DNA from: a virus
Lineage: Duplodnaviria; Caudoviricetes
Length of the DNA: 45,422 nucleotides
Strand: one strand, 5' to 3'
Virus record (IMG/VR): IMGVR_UViG_3300037851_000590
Span: 1-45,422 of that record
Of this stretch, positions 43,139-45,422 are shown piece after piece. A program made the position numbers and the translations under genes. The notes under the pieces are model-generated. The model worked only from the letters and a program-made list of their open reading frames with translations. It ran no database searches and was not told where the DNA came from. Numbering within the stretch: position 1 is the first letter of the stretch; the number at the start of each line of letters is the position of its first letter.

Positions 43139-43214
43139 TGGTGCCGACCCTCGGTGCCGCCCCGAGTTCTCCCGCTCTTCACGCGGGCGCATGCACTGGC
43201 TATGCTTAATCGGC
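43139..43214 (-). tRNA. atypical tRNA-Phe(GAA)
   Basis: Loop GTGAAGA; T-loop GGCGGCA; D-loop lacks GG; CCA. Confidence 0.65.
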
Positions 43215-43267
43215 AAGAATTATCGCGCGACGAACGATGTTGGTCCGTTATCGCGTCTGATACGATC

Positions 43268-43343
43268 TGGAGCCGGAGACGGGGATCGAACCCGCTACCT
43301 CCCGCTTACGAAGCGGGCGCGCTACCCTCAGCGCTTCTCCGGC
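43268..43343 (-). tRNA. tRNA-Thr(CGT)
   Basis: Loop TTCGTAA. Confidence 0.85.
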
Positions 43344-43360
43344 ACGAGGTGATGACGAAT

Positions 43361-43432
43361 TGGCGGGGGCACGAGGAATTGAACCTCGCATCACGGGTTT
43401 GGAGTCCGCTCCGCGACCCAGCGCCTGCCCCC
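43361..43432 (-). tRNA. tRNA-Trp(CCA)
   Basis: Loop CTCCAAA, G73. Confidence 0.82.
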
Positions 43433-43442
43433 CATCATGATC

Positions 43443-43516
43443 TGGTACGAGACCTAGGATTCGAACCTAGATTCCACGGTAATCGGCCGCGTGTCCTGCC
43501 GTTGGACGAGTCTCGC
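43443..43516 (-). tRNA. tRNA-Ile(GAT), atypical loop (C33, U37)
   Basis: Loop CCGATTA. Confidence 0.7.
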
Positions 43517-43522
43517 GGAAGT

Positions 43523-43599
43523 TGGTGGGACCGGTGGGAGTTGAACCCACAACCTTCTGCTTAAAAGGCAGTAGCTCTGCCAGGTTGAGCTACGGTCCC
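43523..43599 (-). tRNA. tRNA-Lys(TTT)
   Basis: Loop CTTTTAA. Confidence 0.92.
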
Positions 43600-43606
43600 G
43601 TAAACT

Positions 43607-43683
43607 TGGCTCCGGTGGTAGGATTCGAACCTACAGCCTTCCGCTTAACAGGCGGTTGCTCGAACCGTTCGAGCTACACCGGA
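43607..43683 (-). tRNA. tRNA-Asn(GTT)
   Basis: Loop CTGTTAA, U1-A72, G73. Confidence 0.92.
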
Positions 43684-43690
43684 ACAGAAC

Positions 43691-43765
43691 TGGCTGGGTC
43701 TGGTGGACTCGAACCACCGTTACCCGGGTCAGAGCCGGGTGTCTTAGCCGCTGGACGAAGACCCA
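43691..43765 (-). tRNA. tRNA-Gln(CTG)
   Basis: Loop CTCTGAC. Confidence 0.92.
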
Positions 43766-43769
43766 AAAC

Positions 43770-43844
43770 TGGTCGGGGGCAGGAGACTTGAACTCCCATT
43801 GGCTCGCTTCCGAAGCGAGGTTCTTGTCGTTAGAAGAACCCCCG
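43770..43844 (-). tRNA. tRNA-Pro(CGG)
   Basis: Loop TTCGGAA, C1-G72, A73. Confidence 0.82.
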
Positions 43845-43853
43845 TTTTGAACT

Positions 43854-43931
43854 TGGTCGGGAAGAGGGGACTCGAACCCCTACGATGGCTCGCCTCCAAA
43901 GCGAGAGGCCTACCAATTGGCCCACTTCCCG
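43854..43931 (-). tRNA. tRNA-Pro(TGG)
   Basis: Loop TTTGGAG. Confidence 0.9.
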
Positions 43932-43941
43932 AATGACGAAT

Positions 43942-44017
43942 TGGGGTGACCGATCGGTTACGCTCCGACTCCTCCGGGGCCACAACCCGGCGCTCTAGCT
44001 GATTGAGCTACGGTCAC
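43942..44017 (-). tRNA. tRNA-His(GTG), atypical T-loop, no encoded G-1
   Basis: Loop TTGTGGC, C73, T-loop AGCGTAA. Confidence 0.75.
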
Positions 44018-44141
44018 AGGGGAGCCGACGCGATGAACATCCCGTCGCGACGAGGCTGGAGTACTCGCGACGACGGTTGAGCGCGTCGTTCACCGGGAGA
44101 CACTCCAACGGTCCCCGGCTGCGCGTCGGCTCTCCTGTGAC
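44013..44141 (-). ncRNA. long-stem structured RNA overlapping the tRNA-His 5' end
   Basis: GTCACAGGAGAGCCGACGCG / CGCGTCGGCTCCCCTGTGAC 20-bp helix with one mismatch, enclosing internal stems. Confidence 0.5.
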
Positions 44142-44147
44142 GGTAGT

Positions 44148-44223
44148 TGGTCGGCGCGCATGGGATCGAACCATGCACCTCCACCGTGTCAAGGTGGCGC
44201 TCTTCCATCTGAGCTACGCGCCG
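44148..44223 (-). tRNA. tRNA-Val(GAC)
   Basis: Loop TTGACAC. Confidence 0.9.
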
Positions 44224-44310
44224 AAAACCCGGCCCGCCCCGCGAGGCCTCCAGCGCGGCCGGGAGCACCGGAGTCGCGCGAAGTTGCTCCCTCGCGGGAA
44301 CGGGACAGCT

Positions 44311-44385
44311 TGGTGGACCGGGAAGGACTCGAACCTTCGTAGGCAGCGTGTAAGACTGCTGTCCTGGCCGCTGGACGACCGGTCC
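44311..44385 (-). tRNA. tRNA-Val(TAC)
   Basis: Loop CTTACAC. Confidence 0.88.
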
Positions 44386-44389
44386 GAAT

Positions 44390-44467
44390 TGGTAGCGGGG
44401 GTGGAAGTTGCATCCACCTGGATCCGGCTTATGAGGCCGGCGCGGTCGCTTCGATCGCCACCCCGCA
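44390..44467 (-). tRNA. tRNA-Met(CAT), initiator-like acceptor, atypical loops
   Basis: Loop CTCATAA, 1:72 mismatch, T-loop TGCAACT. Confidence 0.7.
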
Positions 44468-44479
44468 ATAGAACCGAAC

Positions 44480-44555
44480 TGGTAGCCCCGGGCGGATTCG
44501 AGCCGCCGTCACCGCCTTGAGGGGGCGGGATCCTTGACCACTAGACGACGGGGCC
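44480..44555 (-). tRNA. tRNA-Glu(CTC)
   Basis: Loop CCCTCAA (C33). Confidence 0.85.
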
Positions 44556-44561
44556 GAAAGT

Positions 44562-44638
44562 TGGTGGACCCACTCGGACTTGAACCGAGATTGTTCCTGC
44601 TTGCAGGGCAGGTGCCATCCCAATTAGGCGATGGGCCC
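44562..44638 (-). tRNA. tRNA-Ala(TGC)
   Basis: G3.U70, loop CCTGCAA (C33). Confidence 0.88.
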
Positions 44639-44648
44639 AGAAGAAATA

Positions 44649-44760
44649 GAGGCGTGCTAACCGCTGCACCACGTCGGACGCGTCTCCGGTATCAGGAGCC
44701 CTTCGCGGCCTTGTCACGGCCGGCGTGTTCCGACGACGGGATTCGAACCCGCGTCTCCTC
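44649..44760 (-). ncRNA. circularly permuted tRNA-like RNA (YrlA/Y-RNA-like topology)
   Basis: Order on the minus strand: T-arm (GCGGG-TTCGAAT-CCCGT), acceptor 3' strand CGTCGGA, roughly 50-nt insert, acceptor 5' strand TCCGACG, D-arm (GTGC-AGCGGTTA-GCAC). Confidence 0.7.
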
Positions 44761-44768
44761 AAGTTGTA

Positions 44769-44847
44769 TGGCGGGACCGACGGGAATCGAACCCGCGCCC
44801 TCGGCGCTGACAACGCCGCGCTCCTAGCCAGCAGGAGCCACGATCCC
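44769..44847 (-). tRNA. tRNA-Asp(GTC)
   Basis: Loop TTGTCAG, G73. Confidence 0.88.
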
Positions 44848-44858
44848 GTGAAGAAGTC

Positions 44859-44965
44859 TCAGGAAGCCTGGTCAACCGCTCGCTACCCATCCGCTGCCGT
44901 CATCGGCTCGGAGTACCGAGCCTCATGGCCTCGCGGCCTCAGCCTCGTCCGTTGCGGCTTCCTGA
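44859..44965 (-). ncRNA. unassigned structured RNA
   Basis: 10-bp closing stem TCAGGAAGCC/GGCTTCCTGA with internal hairpins. Confidence 0.4.
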
Positions 44966-44969
44966 AGTC

Positions 44970-45045
44970 TGGTGCGGGCCGTGGGATTCGAACCCACACT
45001 GTAACGGGTTTGAGCCGTTTCCCTCTGCCGTTGGAGTACGCCCGC
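44970..45045 (-). tRNA. tRNA-Leu(CAA), short variable arm
   Basis: Loop CTCAAAC. Confidence 0.85.
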
Positions 45046-45050
45046 GAATT

Positions 45051-45127
45051 TGGTGGCCCTCCCGGGATTCGAACCCGGACCTGAGGAGATTTTAAGTCAC
45101 CCGCCTCTGCCGTTGGGCTAGAGGGCC
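45051..45127 (-). tRNA. tRNA-Leu(TAA), short variable arm
   Basis: Loop CTTAAAA. Confidence 0.85.
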
Positions 45128-45132
45128 GAACT

Positions 45133-45221
45133 TGGTGCGGTCGCAGGGACTCGAACCCTGACCCCCTCTCCGGGGACGGACTTCTAAGGCCCGCGTGTCT
45201 GCCATATTCCACCACGACCGC
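45133..45221 (-). tRNA. tRNA-Leu(TAG), long variable arm
   Basis: Loop CTTAGAA. Confidence 0.9.
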
Positions 45222-45225
45222 GAAC

Positions 45226-45302
45226 TGGTGCCGGTGAGTGGATTCGAACCACCACTGCCACGGCTCTGAACCGTGTGACTCTGCCAGTTGGCCTACACCG
45301 GC
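45226..45302 (-). tRNA. tRNA-Leu(CAG), short variable arm
   Basis: Loop TTCAGAG. Confidence 0.85.
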
Positions 45303-45306
45303 GAAT

Positions 45307-45382
45307 TGGTGCGAGGAGCGGGATTTGAACCCGCACTGTACAGGCTCTCAACCTGTTGACTCTGCCGTTGGCCTACCCTCGC
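45307..45382 (-). tRNA. tRNA-Leu(GAG), short variable arm
   Basis: Loop TTGAGAG. Confidence 0.85.
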
Positions 45383-45389
45383 GCGAATC

Positions 45390-45422
45390 TGGTGGGCCAC
45401 GCGGGGATCGAACCCGCCGTTC
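45390..45422 (-). tRNA. tRNA 3' part, truncated by the window edge
   Basis: T-arm GGGTTCGATCCC and ACCA end. Confidence 0.75.

Noticed and set aside
40196-45215. ORFs overlapping the tRNA and tmRNA genes
   Set aside because: They are spurious translations of structural RNA genes.

Overview
This window is a fragment of a large, high-GC tailed-phage (or prophage) genome. Essentially all credible genes lie on the minus strand, so transcription runs right to left. In that order: (i) a dense RNA array at about 39.9-45.4 kb, with about 34 complete tRNA or tRNA-like genes, a tmRNA, several unexplained structured RNAs and a YkuK RNase H-like ORF; (ii) a terminase small-subunit-like gene; (iii) a roughly 21-kb accessory block that also holds lysis-type genes, a patatin, a protease and an HNH gene; (iv) terminase large subunit and portal; (v) virion or tail-type genes and two glycosyltransferases; (vi) a second cluster of effector genes. 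The main signal is a modular peptide-tag system. Ten otherwise largely unrelated proteins start with MGD(K/R/F)(P/Q/R)GH(P/D/Q)FRGNQ(Y/W). Six carry a related R-x-P/A-x-G-x3-GG(Q/R/E)(W/F) tag at the N- or C-terminus. Eight carry an internal P(D/N)xDHLxxE(N/A) module. Several tags are fused to enzymatic effectors (ADP-ribosyltransferases, GNAT, zeta-like kinase, HEXXH peptidase, JAB-like domain). My inference is that these tags address cargo to the capsid for injection into the host. The second highlight is the RNA array: Ser tRNAs lacking the long variable arm, systematic A37 where G37 is expected, two CCA-ended non-tRNA RNAs flanking the tmRNA, and a circularly permuted tRNA-like RNA. All family assignments are by eye from motifs; no database searches were run.
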